Positions 12,281 to 24,952 of a DNA stretch of 64,000 nucleotides are shown here, piece by piece. Within the stretch, counting starts at the first letter, position 1, and each line of letters opens with the position of its first letter. The stretch comes from Octopus bimaculoides (lineage: Eukaryota), in assembly GCF_001194135.2 (NCBI RefSeq), contig NC_069005.1, positions 19,455,338-19,519,337 of the forward strand, in the 5' to 3' direction. The notes beneath the pieces are model-generated. The model worked only from the letters and a program-made list of their open reading frames with translations. It made no database searches and was not told the origin of the DNA. A program made the translations under genes and the position numbers.

Positions 12281-15027
12281 GTAAGCTTACTTCCATGATG
12301 TTGCTCATTGTTTTTCAGTCAAAAGGTGTTATGTCTGGGTAAGGTACAGAGAGACATGACAGGGTGATGCTGTAGTAGGATGGTGAGAGGGGGTGCTATG
12401 CTAAGAGCAGTAAAGTTGAGCTAGGAGGAAAGACTGAACAGGTAGAAGGAAGAGGTGATACTTGGGGGAGGAGTGTAGCAGTTTATTGATGGGAAACCAA
12501 GGGCTAGGAGGTGAAAGATGGTAGGATAGAGCAATGGAGAGAAAACCGTAGAGAACTGACAAAACAGAAAATTGAAAAATGAAGAAGAACAAGAAAAATC
12601 ATTAAAATATATTTTTTTTAAATATATAAAAAAAAATTATAAACGGTGAACAGAAAATACAGAAAGTTTTTTTTTTTTTGGGGAATTTTTAAAGTTCAAA
12701 AGTTAAAAAGGTTCAAAAGTTTAGAAAGTTTAAAAAGGTCTAGCTGTAGATAGACAAATAAATAAATAAATAGATAGAGAGATGGATGGATCCATCCATC
12801 CTACTGTTGGCATGTGGTCTGTGTGTAGTCTTGTTGCTTAGATGTCTACAGATCTCTGTCACATCCCAGAGATCCTATGTTATCAACACCAATATCTTTT
12901 ACTCACCAGCTCCCAGCAGGCCACGTATCTCATCCTCACCAATGTTTGTTTGTCTGGGTAAGGGATATGACTCTGTTCCGTTAGTGACCAATTCTGACAG
13001 AAATGGCTTCCATTTTAACAATTGAAGATGTAGCCATGTAACAATCTGATTACATGGTCGTTACTACAAATATGACTATAATCCTTATTTTATTTTGCTA
13101 GCAGAGCCATGACATTAAATTTTAAAACCATAAAGTAAATTTTAAATACTTTGGTACTTAGTTTTGGGCACAGGCGTGGCTGTGTGGTAAGAAGCTTGCT
13201 TCCCAACCACATATTTCTGGGTTCAGTTTTATTGCATGGCACCTTGGGTAAATGTCTTCTATAGTCTCAGGTCAACCAAAGCATTGTGAGTGGATTTGGT
13301 AGATGGAAGTTGAAAGAAACCCATTGTATGTGTGTGTGTGTTAACCTACTGTGTCCAAGGTCCCAGATAAACCTATATCTTGGCAAAAAACTCAAAAGAT
13401 GGCAGCAGTGTCAAACTCCCTCCTACACCAAAAGCCAATTGCATAAGAATGGCCACTGGAAAGGTGATTATACTGGTGGTGCCCCAGCTTGGCCACAGCC
13501 TTTAGGTTCAAACAAAAAGGAATAGGATTAATGATTATGATGGTGGGGAAGCATGGATCAATAATGAATGAGAACAACTATTATTGAGACATGAATGCTA
13601 CTCAGTCTCATTTCTCAGTTCTGTTGCTCTTTCTTCATCATCATCATCATTTAATGTTCCCTTTTCTATAATGACATGGACTGGACAGTGGACAAGAACT
13701 GATGAGCTAGAGGACTGTGCCGAGCTCCACTGTTTGTTTTGGCAAAGTCTTGTCAACCACTTTACAAGTACAAGTACTTGGTACTTCTTTTCATGGAACT
13801 GACAGTGGTGAGCTCATCAAATATTTGCAAGACAAGATCCCTCAACTGAGAGGTGTGTAGTATTGAGGGACATGAAGTAGAGGAACAGGAGCAGGTGTCT
13901 TGTTGAAGAGGTGAATACATAACTTGCCCTCCTGGAAAATGAGAGAGAGACTCAGGATAGAGGAACAGAAATGATGGGTATGTAGGTAAATGCTTTAGAG
14001 TGAAAAGAGTACAACAAATGATTACAGATGGGGATTGAGATGTATGCTGTGAATTTATATATTCATCATCTTCCTTAAACGTCCATTTTCCATGCAATCA
14101 TGGGTTGGATGGTTTGACTGGAGTTGGCAAGCAGGAGAGCTGCACCAGGTCTAGTCTGATTTGGCTTGGTTTCTACAACTGGATTTCCTTCCTAATACCA
14201 ACCACTTTACAAGTGTGTGCTGGGTTTGAAACTCTATTATCCTGTTCGTATGGTGAGTTGCTGGAAGGATTGTAGTTGGGTCAGTATCTGCATGGTTTTG
14301 AATTTTAATTTTATAATGTTTATAGAGCATGGAAAGTTCCAGAGAAATACAGTTCAGGCAATGTAATGTGAATTTAGGAATACGTTCAGTTGTCTCCCCC
14401 TACCGTACTCGTTTTCAAATACAAGAGTAACATTTCTTCAGACGTGCATCAAAAGGTGCTCTCTTACATTGTACGTCTGCCAAGCATTGTATTTTGCTTG
14501 AGTGCTGCATTGGAAATGCTCGATATAACTACACCTCCAGGGCCTTTATATTGAAGAATGTAGGCTCAAAACGTAAAGGACTTTCTCACTTCCCCGAGCA
14601 TCAAACTAATACGCCTGCTTGTTGTTCATGCACCTGTCTTCGTCTTTTGGTTTTCTGTAAATTTCAACTATATATATGTATGTATATGAGGTTGCATGGC
14701 CTAGTGGTTAGTGTGTTTCACTTATGATCACTAGATAATAATTTCAATTCCTAGACTGGGTGGTGCATTGTGTTCTTGAGCAAAACACTTCATCTCATGT
14801 TGCTCTGCGATCACTTCGACACCTGACACGTGGTACACTGTGGACCTGTTCAGACAATGTCGATTTAATGGAGAGAGAGAGCTAATGTACAGCACATACA
14901 TTTGATAACTATAAACAAATCATTTGTGTAGGTCATTTGGCAAAAGCTGAACGCTCATACGTCGTCTTCAACGGGAGAGTCCATCATATGTATGTATGTA
15001 TATCTCCTTTCATTACTACATTTCTGT

Positions 15028-15328
15028 GGAGGCGCAATGGCCCAGTGGTTAGGGCAGCGAACTCGCGGTCATAGGATCACGGTTTCGATTCCCAGACCGG
15101 GTGTTGTGAGTGTTTATTGAGCGAAAACACCTAAAGCTCCACAAGGCTCCGGCAGGGGATGGTGGCGAACCCTGCTGTACTCTTTCACCACAACTTTCTC
15201 TCACTCTTACTTCCTGTTTCTGTTGTGCCTGTAATTCAAAGGGTCAGCCTTGTCACACACTGTGTTACGCTGAATATCCCCGAGAACTACGTTAAGGGTA
15301 CACGTGTCTGTGGAGTGCTCAGCCACTT
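15028..15328 (+). mobile_element. tRNA-derived SINE family C
   Basis: A box tggcccagtggttagg, B box ggtttcgattccc; truncated by an N gap. Related heads at 20103-20350, ~14695-14960 and ~29385-29590. Confidence 0.75.
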
Positions 15329-16704
15329 NNNNNNNNNNNNNNNNNNNNNNNNNNNNNNNNNNNNNNNNNNNNNNNNNNNNNNNNNNNNNNNNNNNNNNNN
15401 NNNNNNNNNNNNNNNNNNNNNNNNNNNNNNNNNNNNNNNNNNNNNNNNNNNNNNNNNNNNNNNNNNNNNNNNNNNNNNNNNNNNNNNNNNNNNNNNNNNN
15501 NNNNNNNNNNNNNNNNNNNNNNNNNNNNNNNNNNNNNNNNNNNNNNNNNNNNNNNNNNNNNNNNNNNNNNNNNNNNNNNNNNNNNNNNNNNNNNNNNNNN
15601 NNNNNNNNNNNNNNNNNNNNNNNNNNNNNNNNNNNNNNNNNNNNNNNNNNNNNNNNNNNNNNNNNNNNNNNNNNNNNNNNNNNNNNNNNNNNNNNNNNNN
15701 NNNNNNNNNNNNNNNNNNNNNNNNNNNNNNNNNNNNNNNNNNNNNNNNNNNNNNNNNNNNNNNNNNNNNNNNNNNNNNNNNNNNNNNNNNNNNNNNNNNN
15801 NNNNNNNNNNNNNNNNNNNNNNNNNNNNNNNNNNNNNNNNNNNNNNNNNNNNNNNNNNNNNNNNNNNNNNNNNNNNNNNNNNNNNNNNNNNNNNNNNNNN
15901 NNNNNNNNNNNNNNNNNNNNNNNNNNNNNNNNNNNNNNNNNNNNNNNNNNNNNNNNNNNNNNCTGACAACTGTTCAGATACCATTCTAAAAACATTTGTA
16001 AATAGTCATGTATATTTCTTGAATCACAAAAGTAAGATTTTAATAAATGCTTTATATTTTTTTTTTAAATAAAACTCGTTGACATTGTTTTGTTATCAAT
16101 TCTTTTAACTTCATTCATTTTATTGAATATATATTTCTTTCATACTGCATCCCTCTCTGCTCCATATTTACCTAGCATAATGTTTCTTCTCCCCAGTCAA
16201 GGTTTGTAGTCTCACAACCTGCATGGCAACTTCACTAGTGCTGGGGTACAAAGAAAGGTACCCAGCATGGGGAGGGCATCCAGCTATAGAAATAATACTG
16301 AACAAACTCTGGTGCATGATATACCCTAGGTCCACTGGATCCCTACTGTTCGATCCATACCAGCATCAGACATGGAATTTGAATAATGATGATGGTAATG
16401 GAATTGCTGAACCATGGTGTCATTGATTACAAATTTCATATGGGCTAATCACTGGTTCACTGCACTTCACATGGTACAAATGACAAGGGAGTATTTGCGA
16501 ACTGATTCAGAGCAAATATTGCAAAAAACTTATCTTGAAGAGCACACATTTTACAGTTTTGTCATCAACATACATTAGTGAGAAATACACACAGACACAC
16601 TCATACACACATTGTGTGTGTGTGTGTGTGTATATGACATTAAATGATGATGATATGTGTATGTACCTTTTTCATTTCTGTTTTTTATGTTAGCATGGAT
16701 TAGT

Positions 16705-16740
<36 letters not shown>

Positions 16741-17251
16741 GATAGACAGATCCTTTATATCTTAACCACGTGGATTTAGGTTCAATACCATTGCATAGTA
16801 CCTTGAGCAAGTGTCTTCTACATTCTGCTATAGCCCTGGGCCAGCCAAAGCCTTAGTAGACAAAAATAGAAAGAAGCCCATTGCATATATACATAAATGC
16901 TTGTGTTTGTCTCTTCTTGATATCACATGATGACACCATCATGCAAGCAGTCTCCTTTATGGCCAAACTTCCATGGAAACATGCCTGGGTATGGGGAAGT
17001 ATCACCTTGCTTATGAACAAGTGAAGATTGGTGACAGGAGGGCTCCCTGGTTGTAGAAAATCTTATCTCAACAAATTCCGTTTGCCTCATGTAATTATAG
17101 AAAAGTGGATGTTAAAACGATTTATGTATACAGCATCAGGTGCACAATTTCCATTCTTTTATCTTGTACTTGTTACAACCATTAGACTGTGGATGTTGGT
17201 GTATCTACATCCCCGTAACATAGCAGTTTAGCAAAAGCAACCAATGGAATA

Positions 17252-18826
17252 CACTGTGTCCCACATTATTAGGCAAACCAACCTTCTCTCAATAAATAAA
17301 TGTATATTCGTTCAAAACCAGTTGTTTTCCCATTGACTGTTGGCAACACCTATCTGTGCACATTCTCTTAAAATAAATCAGATCTGCACAAATGCCAACA
17401 AAAGGCATCCATGTTTGTGATTGGGCAACATTTTCACCATCACAAATTATTAAGCAAGTATAATAAAAATAATTGTGTCAGAACAAACATTTATTTAATT
17501 CAACAAAAAAGGTTTAACAAAAACTTATTCATAAAGGTAAACATAATAATACATTCAAATGAAAATAATCATGGGATTATGATATTATACAGCTCCTAAT
17601 GTTTGATGTATGATCCTCCACATGCAATAACCTTCCTTGTGCATTAAGTCACTGAATTTGTCAAGGTGATGATATCCTCTTGTGTCATGCTTTGAGCAGT
17701 GTCTACAATAGCATCCCAGAGGGAAACTTTACTTGAAAACTGCCATCTATCTTTCAAGTTTCCATCTACCAAATCCACTCACAAGGCTTCAGGACATTCC
17801 ACAGGTTCTGGATCGGGTTTAATTCAGGGAAACAAGGTGGCCAATCCATCAAATGACCTCCAGAGAAGCCTGTTTGCTGCAGGTATTCCTTACAATCCTT
17901 CACTGCATGAGATGGGGCATTATCATGCATGAAGACCAACTTTCTCTTGAATGAAAGTTTTTGCATTTTGAACCATGGCTGGAAATTGTCCTTTAAGAAG
18001 GTAACATATGTTTTCAATGTCATCTTAATGCCATCTGGGACTTTACATGGCCTGACCATCATACCACCAACGATGTCAGCCCAAAACATGACCCCAACCT
18101 CCCCTCTGTTGGTGTCTAAAACGATGAGGACAGTTCCTGCTGATTAATACTCAACCTTTACTTCAGCCATCTGATCTGTGAAGGGTAGCACAGCATTGGT
18201 CAGTGAATAGAACTGTTGAAAAGTCTTAATGTATTCTGCCCATTTTAGTGTCTTCTGCTTGTGAACAGCCTTCAGAGGGGACCTTGTAACAGGTTTAACA
18301 TTCCTGGATACCTGGTAGTTTTCGATACGTCTTCCCTGCCACGTTTGAAGACTTCTCCACTTGTCAGACATGGGTTCCGTACAACCTCCCTTTTTACACA
18401 GGACAAAGTATGATTTGAAGCAGCCCTCAACTTACCCTTTTCTGCCCTCGACAAGACAGAAATAGGAGATTACACACATTTCTTCACTGTTTGGTGATCT
18501 CTTCCCAGTATTTTTGATATTTCTATGGTTGTTTTTCCTTTTTCAAGCTCTGGTACGATGGTAGACTTCTCATTTGAGGTAAGATCACGTTTCTGACCCA
18601 TAATGACACTTAAATTGAACACCTGCCAAATAATTTGAGACAGCAGAAATGTTGCTGCTACACGATAATGGCCACCATTTATTTTTACCTGTTCAGATCC
18701 AATTTATTTTAACAATGTGTGCAGATATGTGCTGCCAACAGTCAGTGGGAAAACAACTAGTTTTGAATGAATATACATTTATTTATTGAGAGAAGGTTGA
18801 TTTGCCTAATAATGTGGGACGCTGTG
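17252..18826 (-). mobile_element. Near full-length decayed Tc1-like transposon, DD37E spacing (TRT-like)
   Basis: Long imperfect TIRs (cactgtgtcccacattattaggcaaa / tttgcctaataatgtgggacgctgtg) and TA/CA flanks inside a SINE. Transposase remnant ~18601-17596: MGQKRDLTSNEK..., VLFTDQ, FMHDNAPSH-37aa-PELNPIQ; frameshifts and stops. Confidence 0.9.
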
Positions 18827-20040
18827 CATGTACCAGGCTTAAAAAAACAAAAATAAGTACTGGGGTCAATTCATTTGACTAGAATTCTTCAGAGCAGTGC
18901 CCCACCATGGCTGCAGTCTTATGACAGAAACAAGTAAAAAAAAAATAAAGCAAACAAGAAAAAAAGGTAAAAGATAGTATTTAAAAAAGATAATATCCAT
19001 TCTACTGGCCAAACTGGAAGAGGGTAGAACTTTTGATTGACTGCAATGAAAAATGTTTTCCATGGGACTGACTTGAATTAGGGAAATTTCAAGCACCACC
19101 TCAGACAGCTACACTAATGATTTCTGTTAGTTTTCATTCTATTCTCTTATTCTTTTACTTGTTCCAATCATTAGTCTACAGCCATGCTGGGGTATCACCT
19201 TGAATTTTAATTGAATTAATCTACCCTAGTACTTAATTTTTTTGCTAAGCCTGGTATTTATTGTATCAGTATCTTTTGCCGAACCACTAAGTTGCAAGGA
19301 CATAAACACACCAACTCTGGTTGTCAAATGGTGGTGGGGGATGAACACGTTTATATATATAGACACATGATGGACTTCTTTTAGTTTCCATCTACCAAAT
19401 CCATTCACAAGGCTTTGGTCAGTCTGTGGCTATAGTAGAAGACATTTGCCCAAGGTGTCATGCAGTGGGACTGAACCCAGAATCATGTGGTTGGGAGGCA
19501 AGCTTATTATCACATGAGCCTCTACAGCAATGTTTCTTAACTCTTTTAGTTTCAGTGTCCATTTAAAAGATGTTTGGTTTACCATGAATAGACAAAGTTT
19601 GTACCTTGCATGGCTGTGTGGTTATGAAGTTTGCTTCCCAACCAAATGGCTTCGGGTTCAGTCTTGCTGTGTGATACTTTGGACAAGTGTTTCCTAATAT
19701 ACCCCCAGGCTGACCAAAGACTTCTATATATGTGTGTGTGTGTGTATAAATATATATATCTGTAAATAATAATCATAATATTTCATAAGCTTAAAGCTTA
19801 TAAGCAATCACTGTGCATTGACTAAGGTAAATAGTTTAATACTGGGGCATATAAGCCCTTGATGGAAAAAAATAGGGTTTGTCATACGCGTGCTGTAAAC
19901 TCAACTTTTTTTTCTCAAGGGCTTATGTGCCCCAATATTAGACTATTTACCTTAGTCAATGCACAGTGATCATTTATAAAATATTATTATTATTATTTAC
20001 AAATTGTAAAATTTGGCATGGCTTACCAAATAATCGCTGA

Positions 20041-20090
<50 letters not shown>

Positions 20091-20359
20091 GTGTGTGTGT
20101 GTGGAGGCGCATGGCTTAGTGGTTAGGGTGTCAGCATCATGATCGTAAGATTGTGGTTTCGATTCCTGGACCGGGCGACGCATTGTGTTCTTGAGGAAAA
20201 CACTTCATTTCATGTTGCTCCAGTCCACTCAGCTGGCAAAAACGAGTAACGCTACGATGGACTGGTGTCCCATCCAGCTGGGAAACACATACACCATAGA
20301 AACCAGGAAACTGGGCCCATGAGCCTGGCTAGGCTTTAAAAGGGCGCATTTATTTTTAT

Positions 20360-20390
<31 letters not shown>

Positions 20391-20567
20391 AGAGATATAT
20401 ATATATTTGATTAATGAGGGAGGTGGAAGATAGAATGTTTATTGATCACTACAGTCGTTCCAACCCATCTAGCATTGATTCTTAATGGGTGGGATACTGA
20501 ACATCTGAGAAAGTGAACATGCTTTACTAGTGAATTACCAGGTCTATACCATATGATTTATTAACTA

Positions 20568-20602
<35 letters not shown>

Positions 20603-21433
20603 ATCATCATTTAACGTCTGCCTTCCATGCTGACATGGGTTGGATGGTTTAACAAGAGTCAGCCAGGTGGAAGACCACCCCAGGCTACTGTGTCTGTTTT
20701 GGCAGGGTTTTTACAGCCGGATGCCCTTCCTAGCACCAACCACTCTGCAGAGTGGACTGAGTGCTTTTTGCATGACATCAACACAAGTGAGGTCAATTTT
20801 GGCATGGTTTTTACAGCTGGATGCCCTTCCAAATGCCAACCACTTTACAGTGTGGGCTGGATACTTTTTACATGGCACCAGCACTGGCAGGGTCACCAAA
20901 TAACTTGCAAGACAAGGGGAGGAGAGGATCCTGTGTCAGATGATGAAAGATTAGAGTGTGACAGACACAGAGAAGCAGAAACAGGTAGATATATATAAAT
21001 TGGTGACAGTGGCTTTATCTTGTATCTGAGAATTTAGTTTCTTCTTCGCTGAATGCTTCCTTTAAAGTGATGGCATTGATTAGTGTAGACCAGTTCTTGC
21101 ATAGAAGAGTCCATGGCATTGACTTTATGGTAATGTTGGTGGAGGACGAGGTTGATTTTGTTGAGCCTTTCTCTCCTGTCATTTGATTTCTTCTTTTGCT
21201 CTTCTGGCGGCTTCAAAGTTTTTAGTTCTGATGGTGATGGAACACTGTCACTTGGTACAGTCTCAGGCTCATGTTTCAAATGGTGTAGGCTGAAGTCCAG
21301 TGGTATTCAGTGTTGTTTGAGTTAGTCCTTGTATCTTTGAAGAGGGAACCCTATGGTCTTTTCCAAAAGGTTGAAAAGTGACATATATATACTTAGGTAC
21401 TTCTGATGAATACATATATATATATACATACAT

Positions 21434-21480
<47 letters not shown>

Positions 21481-21722
21481 TAAAATCAAAATAAGCAACA
21501 AGGATATCCAAAGTTAATGCAGTACGATCGTTTCATGCGACTCCTTAATCACCTTATTTTGAAATTGTATGGATAATACCATACTTAATTCTGGTGCCTA
21601 AACTTAAGTACTGTGTGGAATTTATAGGATAGTTTAAAAGCACGGGAACCAGTCAGGTGGCACTGGCAACGACATACACACATAAATATATATGTGTGTG
21701 TGTGTGTGTGTGNNNNNNNNNN

Positions 21723-21757
<35 letters not shown>

Positions 21758-22789
21758 TCATCATCATCATCATCGTTTAACATCCGCTTTCCATGCTAGC
21801 ATGGGTTGGACGATTTGATTGAGGACTGGTGAAACCGGATGGCAACACCAGGCTCCAATCTAATTTGGCAGAGTTTCTACAGCTGGATGCCCTTCCTAAC
21901 GCCAACCACTCAGAGAGTGATATATATATATATATATATATACATATACATACATATATAAATACATAACCCTAACCCTATACACATAAATATATACATA
22001 CACATAAATCTACACATATATAGACATTTATATATATATGTATGTACATACATACATATCGTGGACTCTTCTGTCATGGATGACAGATGAAGGCTCTGCA
22101 ATTTCTTGTTGAGCAACCTGCATAGATGATTTGTTTATAGCAATCAAATGTTTGTACTGTAGATTAGCTCATTCTCTCTCCATCAAATTGACATTGTTTG
22201 TACATGTGCAAGGTGTGACAGATGTCAGGTGTCAACGTGATTGCAGAGCAACATGAAACGAAGTGTTTTACTCAAAAACACAATGCATTAACCAAGCCAG
22301 AAAGCAAAAGCAAGATCTCATGACTGTGAATGCAACACCCTCACCACTAGGCCATGTGCCCTTACAGTACACATACATACACATATGTCAGTGTCTCCTG
22401 ACTGGCTCCCATGCTGGTGGCACATAAAAGGCACTATCCGAATGTGATCGATGCCAGGCCCATCTCACTGGCTCCTGTGCCAGTGGCATGTAAAAAGTAT
22501 CCACTACCCTCTCGGAGTGGCTGGCATTAGGAAGGGCATCCACCTGTAGAAACATTGGTTGATTAGATTGGAGCCTGGTGCAGCCACTGGCTTTCCAGAC
22601 CTCAGTCAAACTGTCCAACCCATGCCAGTATGGAAAATGGATGCTAAACGATGATGATGATGATGATACATACATACATACATGTTAATACAGATATATA
22701 CATGTACATATACATGTATAACAACTTCAAGTACATGTGCATGTACTTGAATATATATTTTTTCTGCTTTTTTCTACTTTTTCCTCCAG

Positions 22790-23138
22790 TAAATCTAATT
22801 GCCTTTCGGACATACACCTTTTTATATACATGAGCAATAGACTTTCTCAATGGTAATGCCTTCCCTTTGTATTGCACAAATACAGTTATTTTTTCCCCAA
22901 ATAAATTGCACTTCATATTCGAGGCTCTGATGAAGCTATAGTATGTTATTCAGACACCCAACTCAGAGTCCCCTTCATCTTATAGCAGAAACAACTGTAA
23001 GCTAAAGAAGTTCATAACATAACCATTGTTTTTCATGTCATCTCTTTTTCTTATTACTGCTCTACTGTTTAACATTTTTTCTGAAACATACATATATTGA
23101 GTTCTATACCAGGTTATTAGTCTTGCAATGTCTAAGTG

Positions 23139-23140
<2 letters not shown>
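22790..23140 (+). repeat. ~350 bp interspersed repeat carrying the hammerhead-like motif; second copy at ~27945-28298
   Basis: Colinear similarity between the two loci (cccaaataaattgcac...aggctctgatgaagc...ccaggttattagtcttg), both ending at (TA)n. Confidence 0.8.
22923..23003 (+). ncRNA. Minimal Type-I hammerhead ribozyme-like motif, copy 1
   Basis: GGCT-CTGATGA-A-GCTATAG..(37 nt)..CTTATAGC-A-GAAAC-AACT-GTA-AGCT: full core, helix II, 2-bp helix III, GUA triplet (cleavage predicted after 22999) and 4-bp helix I. Atypical A.A at 10.1/11.1. Confidence 0.6.
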
Positions 23141-23171
<31 letters not shown>

Positions 23172-23172
<1 letters not shown>

Positions 23173-23700
23173 CGGTTAGTTCTTCGTTGCAGTTGAGGGT
23201 CACCAATTGTAACAGTTATTGTTAAGGTGTTGGTTGCCAGTGTGCAAGATGGAAGAAGAACTGTGAAGTGAAGTTGTAAAGAAATATTTATTTACCGTTA
23301 CTTTGTATATATCCAAAACCATGACAGGTTGGTATGTATAACTAGTACATGGAAAAGCATGCGAAGTAAAAAGAATTAATTTCAGCTGGTATGTGTGTAC
23401 ACGATCCCATAGTAGTATATATAGATAGATATGGTCATGTTACAGAGAAAAGAAAGTGAGTTAGTGAAAGTGAGAGTGGTGGGACGAAACAACTGTTTCG
23501 TTGGGAGTTACCATAGTTCTCCCTTTGTGCCTTTTCCTTTAGTGACGGCATTTTGTTCAGCCAGTCAGTCAGACTCGATTCTCACTGACTTTGGCTTACG
23601 GAGTTCTTGTTTTTATAACTATCCAAAACCAGCCAGATGGATAGACATATTGTTGAGAACAACAGATTTCGTTGGCGGTCTGTTATCTCTATTCTAGCTT
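23172..23700 (-). mobile_element. Possible LTR plus primer-binding-site remnant
   Basis: On the minus strand AATAAA is followed ~80 nt later by ...ctgttaca (LTR end at 23208) and ttggtgacc (PBS-like); the other boundary is unresolved. Confidence 0.4.
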
Positions 23701-24458
23701 CTGGTGACCTAGAAGTTAGAAGGGTCAAGCAGCAAAGACATTATTCTGCTTAGCGAAGGCATCTGGCAAATGTAACTGCTGTCACTCACAGAAAAACTAT
23801 TGTTTTACTGTGAGAAAAGTGCTGTTGAACTGTTAAGTGATATCGAGGACCGAATCCACGCCATGCCTGCACCCACTACACTCTCAGCGTGGTTGGTGTT
23901 AGGAAGGGCATCCAGCTGTAGAAACTCTGCCAGATCAGATTGGAGCCTGGTGCAGCCATCTAGTTCGCCAGTCCTCAGTCAAATCGTCTAACCCATGCTA
24001 GCATGGAAGGTGGAGTTAAACAATAACCAGTAATTAAATAGATATCTATATTTCAATTTACCTATAACTGTATCATTTATTCGATCATGAAACTGCATAA
24101 AACATACCTATCTTACTCTGAGCTTTCCCTAATTTTTAACAAACTTGAATATACTAATATGCTCCACTGTGTGTGTGTATATTTGTACACACACACATAT
24201 TTAGGTTTACGTATCGTATAAGTGTTTGTAACCACCCTCTACTTCTTGACAACCATAGTTGGTTTGTAATTCGGTGGTTCGCAAAAGATACAGATAGAAT
24301 AAGTATTAAACTTTTTTTTTAAATAAGTACTGGGAACGATTTGTTGAACAGAAACAGTTTAAGGTGGTGTCCCAGCACGGCTGCAGTCCAATGACTAAAG
24401 TAAAATATAAAAGACATTATGGGCTTTACACATTCAAGATGCATTTTTAGGGTTAGAC

Positions 24459-24810
24459 CTGTGCTTCGCAAACATTTTTTTTTTTAGTTATTACTCCCTT
24501 TAATTTATTAAAACTTTTTAGGCGGACCCCCATCCGTCCCCGCTATCTTGCTATGATTTAATAAGATTAAATACAGGACACAAAGAACTCGTTGAAAGAG
24601 GTTTAACTCTTTTAAAAGACTTCTTGCGTATATTAATATGGAATATCAATAGATTTCGACTAAATGATTAACTCCTAGAATAAAAATATAGAGCGATTAA
24701 AACAAGCATCTCTCGTACCGGCCCCTTTTGTCTTCCGTACCCATACAAAATCTTTCCATTGCCACCCCCACCCTCCCCATGGTCGATACCGCCCGCTCTG
24801 GGAAGCATTG
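24459..24810. mobile_element. hAT-type MITE just upstream of the GUSB ATG
   Basis: Degenerate TIRs ctgtgcttcgcaaac / ctctgggaagcattg; 8-bp TSD ggttagac / gtttagac. Confidence 0.75.
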
Positions 24811-24952
24811 GTTTAGACTAAAACATTTGAGATCTTCCGTTTCTCTAAACATTGCACATTTTGAAAAGCATTGATTTAGAAACAGAACCTCAAGGTCTAC
24901 TCCTTCTCTGGCAGTCTCACAGCAACCACAGTTCTACCAGTCGTCACCAAGC

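Noticed and set aside
13034-13057. ccatgtaa/ttacatgg hairpin
   Set aside because: An 8-bp stem is expected by chance in 64 kb.
13611-13655. Candidate RPAIN last exon FCCSFFIIIII-stop
   Set aside because: The Ile run comes from a (CAT)n repeat tail, and the conserved CD motif is absent.
14535-14585. Hammerhead-like ttgaaga...caaaacgta (and gaccgaaac at ~11975)
   Set aside because: Core nucleotides are altered and helices I/II cannot be built convincingly.
21034-21279. 81-aa minus-strand ORF with natural-looking composition
   Set aside because: No recognisable domain and no linked exons; probably a decayed retroelement fragment.
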